Shown here: positions 46,537-60,037 of the stretch, in pieces
Layout: every line of letters starts with the position of its first letter
How positions within the stretch are numbered: the first letter of the stretch is position 1
DNA from: Negaprion brevirostris
Lineage: Eukaryota
Direction of reading: 5' to 3'
Length of the DNA: 64,000 bases
Assembly (NCBI GenBank): GCA_030324005.1
Contig: JARDVH010000115.1
Span: forward strand, 2,993,973 to 3,057,972
Notes under the pieces: model-generated
Seen by the model: only the letters and a program-made list of their open reading frames with translations
Told to the model about the DNA's origin: nothing
Database searches by the model: none
Position numbers and translations under genes: made by a program

Positions 46537-48469
46537 CTCCTGCAACATGTCCCTATTGTCTTAATGAGGCAACAAGGTGTGTTGTTGCTTCTCATCTTTT
46601 CCCCTTGTGTCTGCTGAATCATATCAATTCCAAATCTCCAGTTGGTGAGTAAATGATCTGATGGCCTCTCCAAGCTCATGATTTGATGTTGTCCCTGGAG
46701 GCTTCAGATTGAGATTGTAATATTAGTTCATGTGCCTGGCAGGCTCCAGTCTAATGGCATCAAACTGAATCTTGCAGTAGTTAATGGAGTTTCATAGGCA
46801 GAGGAGCCCTGCCTTTTACTGCACAAAGCTACTTAACAAATTAATAGTTGAGCTAAGTCTTAAGTAATTTGTGAGGAGACAGTGAAATATGGAAAAATGT
46901 GTCCAGTGTTAATTGTTTTTGGAGGGAAAAATAACTTTCAATTTTTTTTACTTAATTCCCTTAAGGTAGGACACGGGTAACATTCTAGGGAGTACATCAT
47001 TCCTTTTGTGCGGAAGGCCAGACACAGGTTTAATAGATTGTGGAAGGCCGGTTATACCATGATCCCAATCCTCTTCTCATCTAGTGTGCAGATGTGCATT
47101 TTCCAACAGAAGTTAATGGTTAGCGGTCATGAGCCACAACAGGAGCAGATCCTCACCATCCCCACCTTGCTGGGCATCTCCAGACAGACAGGGAATCTAA
47201 TACTGAGCTCTGTGGCCAAGCTTCACTAAACTTTCAAATGGCATCTCATCTCTCTTCACTTGTGCTTTGATTATTCATTTATGTTTGGCAGGTTGTTTGT
47301 ACAGAGTTTGAAAACAATGTTGTAGTATCTTTGACCAAGATTGCTAATACGTGTTTAGCAGATTCTTCAGTAACTTGATGGACCAAAGCATGCCTAATTT
47401 CTGTCAGTCTGGTTTGACTCTGGCTTTGTTCCTCCATCTTGTGTGGAGATCCTGATTGTTCATGTGAATTGTGCCAAGGGCATCATATATGTTTATAGTC
47501 AATTAGCAACAATTAAAATCTTTGCCACTCTTCACTTTGTGCAGTATAAATATCCAATGTGACAAATGGAGTTTAGTGACAATATCAAACACTCCCAGGG
47601 CAGGTAGAGAGGCGAAATACAGAGTAAAACTCTCCTTGCACTGTCTGATCAGACACACTTAGAAGGTAGACTGGCATTTACCTACACCAAAATCTTGCTG
47701 CTGTTCATGCTGGTGGGATTTTATGGTCCTGTTTGCTGACTGTGCACCTCCAACACAGGTTTCCCGATGGCGAGGGGTACGTTCAATGGGAAACCCATTG
47801 ACATTGACAGGGCCATAAGATTTGGCTGCTGATGAGTGGAATCTGAAAAAGACACTGATAATCAAAGTTGAGTGAAGAACCAAGGTTCCAAATTAACATG
47901 ACAGGCTGCAAATGCAGACCTGGAATAACGTGGATTTGTGAGAAGCAGAGATCCAAGGAGACCAAAGGTTGGTGATTCTTTACGCAGGGTCTGTGAAGCA
48001 GTGATGTTGAGAGCGGAGAACAGAAAGCCTCGCATGCAAAACAGTTCCACCAGGAGCAGTTGGCTCAGTGTGACAAACTTCTGGGGGGAAATAAGGAGAG
48101 ATCCTTGGAAGTTTTATTGAGTGGAATGCCATCTGCCTCTTGATTTCAAAGTGTGGGGTGTCTGGCCATATTTTGCCTACTGATTTACGTGGACTGTGTA
48201 CTTGCTGAGGACATTGAAGTATAAGATAAATTTTGTTATGCTTAAATTTGTATATATCTGTAATAGTGTAGTTGGGGTGAAGGAGTCGTGTAATGTAGTA
48301 TTTGCTTAATAAATGTTTTATTCTTTTTGTCAAAAGTAAATTGGCCTCAGTCTCAACTGTTCAATGTCCATCTTCCACTTCGCTAAACAAAAAACAGAAG
48401 TTTGGATCTATCTGGGTTTCTACCCTGGGACCTGACTTACCCAGTCGTAATATCAGCTGGGATCATAAT

Positions 48470-49660
48470 TGGAAATAGTTGAGGTCCCAGCACTGATCCT
48501 TGTAGCACTTCATAAGTTACAGCCTGCCACTCAGAAAAGAACCCATTTGTCCTGACTCTCTGCCTCCTGTTAGCTACAGGTTAAAGTCCAACAGGTTATT
48601 TGGTAGCAAAAGCTTTCGGAGTGCTGTGCCTTCGTCAGGTAAGTGGGAATGCTGTTCACAAACAGGGCATATAAAGACACACACTCAATTTTAACAAGTA
48701 GGGTAGTCCAACGCCAGTATCTCCATATCCTGTTAGCTAGCCAGTCCTTTACCTGTGCTAATATGTTAGCCCCGTAGTAACTTTGATGTGGCATCATATC
48801 AAAGTGCCCCATGTCTACAGGTTCACCTTTATCCATGTTGCTTGTTACTTTCTCAAAAAGGTCCAACAAATGGGTTAAACACAATTTCCCTTTCTTAAAA
48901 CCATATTTACATTGATCTCATTGTCATTCTGAGTTTCCTGCTATAACCTCCTTAATAATGGATTTTAGCAGTTTCCCTATGGCAGAAGTTAGGCCTTTAG
49001 TTTCCTGCTCTGTGTCTCATTTCTTGACTTGAGGTATTACATTTGCTATTTTTTTTTTTTGCTGGAACCCTTCTAGAATCTAAAGAATTTTGGAAAATTG
49101 TAACTGTTGCCTCTTCTATCTCTGCAGCCTCTCTTAGATCATAGGATGCAGGCCCTGGGGACTTGTCAGCCTTTGGGTCTAATAGTTTTTCCCAGCACTG
49201 TTTACTTGGTGATGGTGATTGTTTTACATTCCTCCCATAGAGAAGTTATAGCACTGAAGGAAGCCATTTGGCCTGTCTTTCCATGCCACCCCAAACCTTG
49301 ATTCCCAAACATATTTGGGAAGTTTACTAAGTCCTCATCGCTTACTTTTCCACTTGTCTATGTATTGTTAGAAGAATTAGTTACATCGCTCTCCCTTTAT
49401 AGTTGAGGTGCCAGTACTGATTCCTGTGTAACTTTTGCTAACCTGAAAATGACCCATTTATCCTGACATTTTTCCTGTTAGCTAATCCTCTATCCTTGCC
49501 AATTTATTACCTCAACACGATGATCTTTTGTTTATGTGGCACCTAAGAGAATGACCCCTCAATCCAAATACATCGCATTTACTTGTTCCCTTTTAGCTAC
49601 CCTACTTGGTACATCTTCAAAAAGAACTCCCAATTTGTCAAAACACTTTCTCTGTAATGT
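48470..49660 (-). mobile_element. Decayed CR1 LINE RT fragments (two partly redundant segments)
   Basis: The minus ORF CLTHLLDLFEKVTSNMDKGEPVD...DWLANR matches CR1 RT. GGTCCCAGCACTGATCC-like sequence appears at about 48482 and about 49406. Confidence 0.8.
48577..48727. mobile_element. 151-bp truncated Penelope-like element inserted in CR1
   Basis: Perfect TSD TCCTGTTAGCTA at 48565-48576 and 48728-48739. The insert holds a reversed pLTR piece plus the tail AGTCCAACGCCAGTATCTCCATA. Confidence 0.85.
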
Positions 49661-50862
49661 AATCAAGCAAAGTTAATGCAGTTTTATTATGAAGAGCAAG
49701 TCTTGTAAATGATACAGAAAGTGACTACAAACTGATCCCTAACATTAAAGAGCTGGAAATCAAGACTCTTCATTTTTAAAGTGAGGAGAGTCAGAGGAGC
49801 CCTTCTGGCAGAGAGGATGTCCGGTGGAGTGCAAATGGCTAATGTGGGGTATGATTCCAAGTAAAACCACAGTTTGTAGGAAGGAGCAGCATAGTTACAA
49901 GCCAGTGTTGTGTTTAGACTTGCACTAGTGTAATTGATATGATTTTTCAGCAATCCTTTAGAGTTGTAATATTCTCAGTAACTTTCAGTTCAGTGAAACG
50001 ATTCGATTCTTTGCACTCGAGTAATGTTCTGATTTTGTTTTCAGGTTTAGTTAATCACACTGCAAATTTTATGTTTTTAGAAAATTCTTTCATACATGTG
50101 GACATGGTTGGCTAGTGCACCGTTTGTTGCCCATCTCTAATTAATTGTCCATGAACTGAGTAGGCTATTTCAGTTAAGAGTCAACCACATTGCTGTGGGT
50201 TTGAAGTCACACATAGCCATGACTGGGTGTGGGATATTGTGAATCCAGTGGGCTTTTATAACGAAAGTTTTGTGATCCAGATTTATTAATTGAATTCATC
50301 TTCCATCAGCTGTCATGGGGGATTCTTTTGTGAGCCCAGTATTGATGTGTAAAAAGCCAGGCCTGGGATAAGTAAGTGAAGAATGTTAGAAAGTCTCAGG
50401 GTATGAGGAAAGAAAATTGGTGGTGACTAAGGCTAAAACTAATTACTGTGCTGAGGGAGAGAAATTTAACACTTTAAAACAAAAAAGATTCTTGATGTGG
50501 GTGTTGCTGGCATTTATTACCCACCCCTCCCTGCCTTAAATATGCTGGTGGGCCTCCTGTTTGATGCAGTTGTGTCTCCAGACAGCAGCTATGAATCAAC
50601 TTGATGTGATACTGGAGGCAGTTGTATAGGTAAGGCCAGAGTGTTTTCTTCCCAGTTGAACCATTTCAGTCATTCTGGTAATTTGACTGCTTCATGCCCA
50701 CTTCTGCAACCCTCTTGCAGAAATTTCCAGTTCCTTTTTGAAGTTCCTAATTTTGTATTCTTCTATTTTTGAGTCCTGATTCTTGGATCTAAATTCTTCA
50801 GACATCAAACCTGGAAAGCTTTCATCTCCACATTCAACCTCCTTTTTGCAGGAGTTTTTGCT

Positions 50863-51105
50863 GGGGGTGGCACAGTGTTAGCACTGCTGCCTCTCAGAGC
50901 CAGGGACCTGGGTTTGAATTTCAACTTGGGTCACTGTGCAGAGCCTGCACATTCTCCCTGTGTCTGTGTAGGTTTCCTCTGGGTACACCGGTTTCCTCCC
51001 ACAGTCTGAAAGACGTGCTGGTTAGGTGTGTTGACTTGGGGAATTACACAGTGACTTCATTGCGGTGTTAATGTAAGCCTTACATGTGACTTATAAATAA
51101 ACTTT
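50863..51105 (+). mobile_element. HE1-like V-SINE with alternative tail
   Basis: GGTGGCACAGTGTTAGCACTGCTGCC...GGTTTCCTCCCACAGTC...ACAGTGACTTCATTGCGGTGTTAATGTAAGCC...AATAAA. Confidence 0.85.
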
Positions 51106-52900
51106 ACTGAAGACTTGAGCATAATCTTTCCACGTAACTTGCTCCTCTAAGTTTAGGAATTAGACTTGTGCTTCTCGCAAATCTTCTCCAATGCTTCTGT
51201 AATTTTTTTACTAATAATGAAGACAAATATTAAAGCTAGCACTCCCTTTGAAACAATCTCAAAGCCAGATACAACTTTTAAAATGAGTATCTTTGCTTAA
51301 TATTGGTAAGGCAGCAAAGTGGTTGAACTTGATGCTCTTTCAAGTGTTTTCTGGGATCTTTACTTAGTATAGATATGAGATGGTCAAAGAAGGAGGGCTT
51401 CAGTTTGATGCCTCATCTGTAGGACGACACCTCTGACCATGCAGCTTCCTTTCGGTGTTGCGCTGGAATGCTAGCCTCAATTGCACAGTCACATTCTGAA
51501 ATGGAAATATAGAATAAAGCATCCAACATGAGGTGATGAAAAGATTGGATTAGGAGAAGCTTTTCTTACTCATGAGGTGAGCATTATTAATAAGACAGCA
51601 ATTTTTGCCCTTAGTAATGATGTTGAGTCGCACCTTGAATACAACTGACTGTCTCACTCAGTTAGTTCGGAGGTAGTTAAGAGTTAATCACATTTCTGTG
51701 GGTCTGGGTTCACTTGTAGGCCAGGCCAGATAAGGATGGCAGATTTCCTTTCTTAAAGGACATTGTTAGTTTTTATGACATTTGAGCAACTTCACAATTG
51801 CCATGACTGATGTGGCTTTTTATTCTGATATATTTGAGCAACTGAATTTAAAGCTCCACCTGTCAGAACTCCTGTCACCTGGCCCTCTGGATTACTAATC
51901 CAGTGGCAACCATAATGACACTGAACCCCGCATTGTTCTTCTGTAAATTGAACATGATCTCACTGGGATAGACTCAGAAGGTTGAGAGGTGATGTCTTTG
52001 CTGCTGTTTATAGAATTCTAAAATGACCATGAGCAGTTGTTTCACCTTTTCCAGGAACAGAGGACACAGCCTCTACTGTGTGTGTGTTCAAAAATGTGGT
52101 CTCAATGTTTCAGTCAGTGTGTCAGGTCTGATAGTGCAGGCTCCTGAGAGGGATGATAAAAGCAGACACTATTGTCTCATTTACATGTTAATTGGTTCTG
52201 ATTTTTCTGTAGAAAATAATATTTTGGGGTTTAGTGCACAAGTATTTTGAGACGTGTGGTAAATGGAGTGGACTTAGGAAGGATTGACATCAGGTGACTT
52301 TGGACCTATGGCGGTGAGAGGCAAGTTTTTAAGAGGGTAGTGCTTAGAATGCGCTGCCAGAGAAGGTGGCAGAAGCAGATACAATAACAACATTTAAGAG
52401 GGTCTTCTTGACAGATACTTGAAGTAGAGAATAGAGGGGTACGGACTATGTAGAGGCGAAAGACATTATCTGTTGGCACAGACTTGGTGAGCTGAAGGAC
52501 CTGTTCCTATGCTGTACTTTATAGTTTCCAGAACTCTNNNNNNNNNNNNNNNNNNNNNNNNNNNNNNNNNNNNNNNNNNNTGGGTCTGTTATAGACTGGA
52601 TTGGGTGCAAGGAAACAGGAAGACTTACATTTGTATAGTGCCTATTTTTTGAAGTGGGGTTGAAGTTGAAATGTAGTAATTGCCACAATAAACCCCCACA
52701 AGCAGAGTGTGATGACCAGAGATCGGCTGTTTGTTTTACAAATAATATTGATTTGGGGATAAGTATTGAACAGGCCATTGGGAGTACTTCAAATACTGCC
52801 ATAAAATGTTGGGAGTCCTTGTTTTGAGTTGAGTTGTTGCCATGGTTTCAGCCTGCAGCTAATTTCTAATGGATAATCCCTTTCTTCCCTTCCTTCCCAG

Positions 52901-52952
52901 AGATCGTACACATTAATAGTGGAAGCATGGGATCAGGACAACGCAACAGCCA
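52901..52952 (+). CDS. Jagged coding exon 3 (RSYTLIVEAWDQDNATA plus 1 nt)
   Basis: Strong acceptor TTTCTTCCCTTCCTTCCCAG. The 52-nt exon continues WP|RSYTL-VEAWD as in JAG1/JAG2 and keeps an N-x-T sequon. Donor A|GTGAGT at 52953, phase 1. It is too short for the ORF track. Confidence 0.95.
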
Positions 52953-53349
52953 GTGAGTACCTAACCTATTGCTTCTGAGGTATTTTGCTAACTTGTCTGG
53001 ACACTCTTGCAATTTTAAAAAGTCCATGAATATTTAGTGCTGTATTGGCAATTTTTGGAAAAGTATCTTGTTGCTATGCATTTGCCACAAGTGGGAACTG
53101 GGGAGGGTGGGGAGAGTGCCTGAGGAGCCCAGACATGCTATAAATGGGGAAATTCCAGTACGTCAAATTTTTAGTGATGACTAATTATGTGTGGATTCTA
53201 TGTGCACACATGACTGTTCAGATTTCAAGTTTTTTTAAAATAAACTGAATAAGTGATTCAGCTCACCCACATGCTTTTTTCCACATCTGAAACATCTGCC
53301 AGGGATTCCATTCATAGGTAGTATCTTGCTCAATCATAATTCTCTCTAA

Positions 53350-53685
53350 CCTGGGAGTGTTTGATGGGGACAGTGTAGAGGGAGCTTTACTCTGTATCTA
53401 ACCCCGTGCTGTCTCTGTCCTGGGAGTGTTTGATGGGGGGACAGTGTAGAGGGAGCTTTACTCTGTATCTAACCCCGTGCTGTACCTGTCNNNNNNNNNN
53501 NNNNNNNNNNNNNNNNNNNNNNNNNNNNNNNNNNNNNNNNNNNNNNNNNNNNNNNNNNNNNNNNNNNNNNNNNNNNNNNNNNNNNNNNNNCTAACCCCGT
53601 GCTGTACCTGTCCTGGGAGTGTTTGATGGGGACAGTGTAGAGGGAGCTTTACTCTGTATCTAACTCTGTGCTGCCCTGGGAATGT
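53350..53685. repeat. 69-bp tandem repeat (CCTGGGAGTGTTTGATGGGGACAGTGTAGAGGGAGCTTTACTCTGTATCTAACCCCGTGCTGTACCTGT), internal gap
   Basis: At least three near-identical units, starting at 53350, 53419 and about 53612. Confidence 0.92.
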
Positions 53686-54477
53686 TTAAATTCCTTTCCA
53701 CCTCTGCCATCTTCAATTCTTCAAGGTGGATATTGGAACACACTCCCCATCTTTCATGACCAATAACTTTGAATAATTACTTTAAATAAGAGGTATGGCA
53801 ATGAATTGGGTGGGGGGGGCAGCGTGGAATGGAATTATTTGGTTTGCTGTTTGAAATTGCCAGAGAACCTGATAGACTGAATGACCACCACTTGCACTCT
53901 GCATTCTGAGCAGCAGATGTTTTGAAAGGCTTCATGATCAAGCTTTGAATTCAAGGTTTTTCATTCAGTTCAGCAGGGAAATGATTCAACTGGAATATTC
54001 TGGAATATGTTTTAGCAAAACAAAACCTTTTGTGTTGCTTTTCAACCATTGCAGTATGTGGGGACTGGCAGGAAAGAGGAATTGAGGCCCAGTCAAGATG
54101 CCGTGGTCTTACTGAATGGCAGAGCAGGCGTGATGGGTGGAAGGGCCTACTATTTCTTATGGTCTTATGATCTTAGTGCTCTGTTAGGTAGATGAATCGA
54201 TGACTATTCACTTTTTGGGGTGTAGTATGCTGTTTTAGCTGTCAGTCCAAGTTTGTACAGTAGAATGATAGCATGGGTATAGACCAATGCCTGCCTTTCC
54301 AGTCCCTAAATACCTGGCCCCAATTGGTTTCCGTGGAGGGGATTATTGATGGATGACTCGTCATTGTTTCCTCTGTATTGCTTTCCCGAAATGTTGGCTA
54401 GGGTAGCCAGATTGGCTAGCATGCTCTGGGTAAATGATTATCCATACCCTCTGGTCTATGGCCTCCGGTTGAGAGGT

Positions 54478-54890
54478 GAACATATGAATTAGGAGCAGGA
54501 GTACTAACCTGATCATGGCCTCAACTCCAATTTCCTTCCTAACCCCTGTACCCTTAGAATCTAGATTGACAAGGGAGTCAGTTTAATTCAGCCTCAGAAA
54601 TATTCACTGCTCCACTACTCTGGGGAAATGTGTCGCATGCACACGCACACACAATCCTCAGAAAAAGTTTCTCCTCTCTGCCTTAAATGGGAGACCCCTT
54701 ATTTTTAAACTGTGTCCCCTTGTTCTAGTCTTTCCTACCAGGACAAACATTCATTCTCGGATCTTGTATGTTTCAATAAAATCATCTCTCACTCGCCTAA
54801 ACTCCAATGTATGCAGGACCAAGCTTTCCTCTGAGGATGGATAATCCTCCTCATCCCAGGAATCATTCCAATGAACCTTCCAACCTTTTA
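54478..54890 (-). mobile_element. CR1 LINE 3' fragment
   Basis: AACATATGAATTAGGAGCAGGAGTA...TTAAATGGGAGACCCCTTATTTTTAAACTGTG. Confidence 0.7.
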
Positions 54891-56104
54891 GACAGTAACT
54901 GAACAGAGTAGCGAGCTAATATTAAACAGTTAAGCTTCTATGCAAACTGAGTTATTTATACTAAACTGCATGTAATCCTATCAAAGGGCATATTGGTAAT
55001 TGCTGCTCTGAGTGTAAGGGAGATACTGTCATTGAGGTTAAAAGATCATAGAATGTGATATCTGCCTAAGGTTAGTATGCTTGGAATAATAGAGGCATGT
55101 GAGCACATTGCAAAGCTGTAATTCTTCAGATGCTTAAGCTGACCCTTGACTCACTGGTGAACTCTGTACTCACTGATGGTGAACTCAATCTTCCTTTTAG
55201 TCCCAGGTAGTCACTGCTGCATATCAAACATATTTCAAGTAGTTTTCTAATCAGGGGTCCCAAAGTGGGTGGTAGTAAGATTAAGTCAGGGTGATCTCTT
55301 GCACAGTTAATTATTTGGATATAGGATTTGTAGCTGTAGGCTTATTCCAAACATTTTCCATGTGTCTGTTCAACATGAATCCCAGTTTGCAACACCTCGA
55401 TTTTAAAGTTGTTATCTTGTTTTGAATCCCTTTGTGGCTTCATGCCCACCCTGTCACTCAAATCTCTGCATGCCAACATTGCCTTCTTGAGCATCCCTAA
55501 TAATTGATGCACCATCTCATTCAGCTCCCTAGGCCCTACAATGTGGAATTCCTTCCCTAAGCCCCTCTATCTTCTTCTCCTTTAAGAAGCTCCTCAAAAC
55601 CAGATTCTGAACAAGCTTCTGGTCATCTCTCATTTCTCATGACTTTTATTAATGACCTTGTGAAGCATCTTGGGAAGTGCAGGTTAAGGTTAAAACTTTG
55701 CCAGGGGAATTGGGTTCCAAGAGAATTGGACAGCATAGTAAATTTTGTTTAAATCCTCCCTGCAGCACAAAGTGTAATGATGCATGTGTTTCTTAAAAAT
55801 GATATATGTTCCAAGTTGAAATAAAGTGTGAATAACACTCTAGTCCAACTGTAGATGCTTGTCCTTTCAAACTTGGCTTGTGCCTCAAGTATTTTGAACT
55901 ATGTAATGTTGTGAAGTATTGATATAGTATTGTGGTGGGAGTAGTTTGAGGGATGCTTTAACATCCCATAGGAAACACATCTCAATATTAAAGTGGCTTT
56001 TATGTGACGCACCCCCCCCCCCCCCGTCCCCTATCCCCAAAAACAAAAGAAAAATCTGTGAAGGTGGCAGACACTGAGGGTGTTTATGTATTTAGAGGGA
56101 AAAA

Positions 56105-56775
56105 AAAATCCTGGTTTCAAAAATAGAGACAAAATACTTCTAAATATGTATAAACCATTGACCAGGCCTCAACTGAAGTATTGTCAAGTTTGGGGCGCCA
56201 CACTAGAGGAAGGATATCAAAGCCTTGGAGAAGGTGTAAAGGAGATGTAGCAGGGATGAGAGTATTCAGTTCTACAGGAACTATAGAAACTGAGATTATA
56301 CTCTTCTGGGAGACTCAAGTATTTAAATTTGTTAAAGGGTTTCGATAGCGTAGAAATTATTCTCACTGGTGGGATTGTTTGATAACGTGAAGATAAGATT
56401 TAAAATACTTGGCCAAGAGGAGAGCTGGAAAGTGAGCTGTCCAAAATACGCTGCCTGAAAAGGAGGTAGAAGCAGGTTTAGTAGTAACTTTCAAAAAGAG
56501 TTGGATTAATATTTGAAGGATATTTGCTGGATTATGGAGAAAAGATATTATTCAATGCTGAGTTTGAAAGATTTCTGATTGACATCAGAGTTGAGAGTTA
56601 TTGGAGCAGGCAGAAAAATAAAGATAAGCAGACAATCTGATCAGCCAAGATCTGATTAAATGGTGGATTGCGCTCAAAAGGCTAAATGGCTGCTTTTTAT
56701 TCCTGTGTTCTGAAGAGAGTGGTATTAATTGGGTAGCTCTTTTCAGTGCAAGCACAATGGGCTGAATGGCAGCGA
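56105..56775 (+). mobile_element. CR1 LINE 3' fragments
   Basis: TATAAACCATTGACCAGGCCTCAACTGAAGTATTGT...AAGCCTTGGAGAAGGTG corresponds to the CR1 ORF2 YKxLxRPxLEYC / ALExVQ region. The tail reads TCAGCCAAGATC. Confidence 0.7.
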
Positions 56776-59700
56776 TGACACATTATTAAGTGTATCCCTG
56801 CTATTACGTTAGGCCTAATGACAACATTGCGCTCTTCCACCTCTGCCAAACTCTCCCAGGATGATGGATTTAATGTTTCCTCTGTCCAACAGTTCCTTGC
56901 GATCATGGAGCTACTCTGCTAGTTAAGCATTCATAAAACATAGATAGGACCTTGAGAAGTGTGAATGCCATATGAAATGCCAGTGCATATAAAAGACAAT
57001 TATGTGGCAGTGCCCCTGACATGGTTATGCTGAGAAAAAGTGGAGGAAGAGGAGGGAACATTTCCGTTTTAACATTAAGTAGCAGTCGTACCACATCTAT
57101 AAATAATAACCTTAATTCCCCCTCCAATCCTCGCAACTTTATCCATTATAAATTCCTATGTTCACATTTATATTGGAAGTTTCTCAATGTGTCGTGGTTT
57201 AATTGTATTCTGACAATTAAATGTACCTTAACAGATTTATAAAAATTAATTCATGGAATATGTGTGTCACTGGCTAGGCCAACATTTATTGCCCATCCTA
57301 ATTGTCCTTGAAGATGGTGGTGAGCTGCTCCTTTGAACCATTGCAGTCCATGTGGTGAAGGAATACTCATTGTGCTGTTGGATGGAAGTGTCCAGATTTC
57401 TGACCCAGTGACTGAAAGAACAGTGATATATTTCCAAGGTGATGGCCTAGTGGTATTATTGCTAGACTATTAATCCAGAAACTCAGCTAATGTTCTGGGG
57501 ACCTTTCATGAATACTTGATTAGAAAAAATGTGCAAGCATATGGGGAAAAAGGCAGTAGAATGTCAATAAGTCATCACATTCAATTGGGGAGCTGGTGCA
57601 GACGTGATGGGCTAAATGGTGTCCTTCTGCATCATCATTGAGATTCTGGATATTGTCCAGATTTTCACCACATGGTCAAGGACTGCTTCAGTATCTGAGG
57701 AGTCGCGCATTATGCGATCATTGAGATAAATGTGATAAAATACTGACTGGATTATACTATAATGCTTTGTCTCATTTTCTCTAACACTACTTCACCTGAT
57801 TTGACACTTGGTCTTGCCTCCCGCTTGTTGGGGGGAGGGGGGGGGTTGTAACTATAACATTAGGGGATGGTACAATCTGTACAATTTTTTTCCTTCAATT
57901 TACTTTAATGGAAAGGAAAGCCACATGTGCATGCTGGATGGCCAGTTAAACCCCATCGGGTTAAAGGGTTCAAAGGATACGGGGGCAGGGGGGCAAAGTG
58001 GGAACAGCTTACTGAATTGGATGAACAGTTATGATCATATTGAAAGGTTTTTGATTTGATTTATTATTATTGTTACAGACAAAGCACACTGTTCATAGAA
58101 AGGGAAAGGAGAGAGTGCAGAATGTAGTGTTACAGTCTTAAGCTAGGGTGCAAAAAAATGAACTTTATGTGAGGTAGGTCAAGCAGGCTTGNNNNNNNNN
58201 NNNNNNNNNNNNNNNNNNNNNNNNNNNNNNNNNNNNNNNNNNNNNNNNNNNNNNNNNNNNNNNNNNNNNNNNNNNNNNNNNNNNNNNNNNNAATGAACTT
58301 TATGTGAGGTAGGTCAATCAGGCTTGAATGGCCAAATTGCAACCCCCTATTTTTATTTTTCTGTACATCATCCATTTACTCAAGATCAGCTCCTTGGTTG
58401 CAACGGTATGAGAATGATTAGTTCACATACAAATTGTGATCAATGCTTTTGAAGTTTCGCCATTTAGCTTTTCTTCATTTCCTGATGTGTGCACTAATTC
58501 CTCACTGTAATGGAAGAAGGGGAAAAACATTGTTCCTGGCAATTTGACTAGAAGCATATCTCATTGAGCTGTATTATCCACCAGCAGCCTATCCACCATT
58601 TTGAAGGAAGTTGTCAAACTGCTTGTCCCACCCTACATCCCCTGGTTTTGACCACTCTGAGAAGGGAATGTAAAGGAAATCACTGCTTTGTTTGTTGCAC
58701 ATGAAAGACTGCGTGTTTGTGCACGTGGGAAGTGAATTGCATTACTCTGCTTGAGGCAATGCTGACACTGACATATTGATTCAAACCTTTTATTCCAGGA
58801 AATAAGATCTTATGACTGAAAGAAGCCGTACACACTGAGATATGTTTGAAGGTCTGGATAGTGTCCTATTGATTTCTTTTTATATGGATTTGTAGGCAAC
58901 AAGCCTACAAATGGTACAGTCTGCTTTTGTATAAACCTTCTCTTGCTGTATTTTAGTGCGATAGTTGATGGTGAGATGGTCAGTATTGTAACCAGTATTG
59001 GTGAAATACAAGACAACTGTATGCTGAGAAAATGAGGAATTTCTAGTGTGGGGGGACTGTTGGATAACTAGGCTTGCGTGCAACTTTGAATGATATGAGT
59101 CAAATTTTAAATACCTAAATGGCAGGTGGGCGAGTTGTTCAATAAATTAAGTAATCCTTATATCTGATGACCAATCGTTGACCAGCACTGACTCATCTGA
59201 TTGAATATCTGACTTCTAATCGGTGACGATATGGAATGCGCCATACTTGTTGTTCCTCCCTTTTGGTTTGTTTAACACAGGATTCATTGAACTGATTCAG
59301 CACCATGTCTTGCTGAAGTCTTTTATTTTGTGTGTAGTTTAGGGATGTTTATAGGTCTCCCTCCCCACAGCTCGTTATAAGTTTCCTCTTATTGAAATGG
59401 TGCATCCATTGTAACAGAAGCAAACAGTGAAATCCAAGGTGTTTTATCCATATGACAATGCAACCCATGGCAAGTGTTCTGTTCTTCCTCCTATCTCAGC
59501 TGTACTGGTTGATATCAATTGCAACACACATTGTTTACAAGTAGACCATAAGGGTACAGCAGTGTAGTGAGGAGTGTCAGTGTGATAACAGCTTGCGTGA
59601 CACCAGTCTGAACATGAATTAGACCTGTGGTGGATCAGTTGGTCAGGATCACGGCTTGCATGTCATAATGGAGCAGGCGGAGGAGGATGGTCACAAACAT

Positions 59701-60037
59701 TTGGGGACAGCTGGAACAGAGGAGGATGCTGTATAATCCCTCATGGTTGACCATATGGAAGGCCTATGAGGATAAAGAAGGCCATGTACAGGGGTTAGTG
59801 CTGTTCCTGCACTTCTCTACTGGGTGCCATGTGGTGAAGATCTTGTCCATCGTGCCTCTTGGGTGCTGGGCCGTAGGTGATCTGGACTTGGTTAATGAAG
59901 CCTTGTGCATAAAGGTTGTCAGCTAACTGCTGTATGCCCTGTGCTTTCTTCACCCACCCATAGAAAGCAGCTGGAGTACTCTGGACTGATTTACATTCAA
60001 TACCCTGACTAAACCCACTACATATTNNNNNNNNNNA

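Larger units (their letters stand above)
2036..52900 (+). other. Jagged intron 2 (about 50.9 kb including N gaps), transposon-rich
   Basis: GT..AG boundaries join WP to RSYTL in phase 0. Confidence 0.9.

Noticed and set aside
58157-58328. About 35-bp direct repeat flanking a gap
   Set aside because: It is probably an allelic contig overlap (one mismatch) or a collapsed repeat, and cannot be interpreted.
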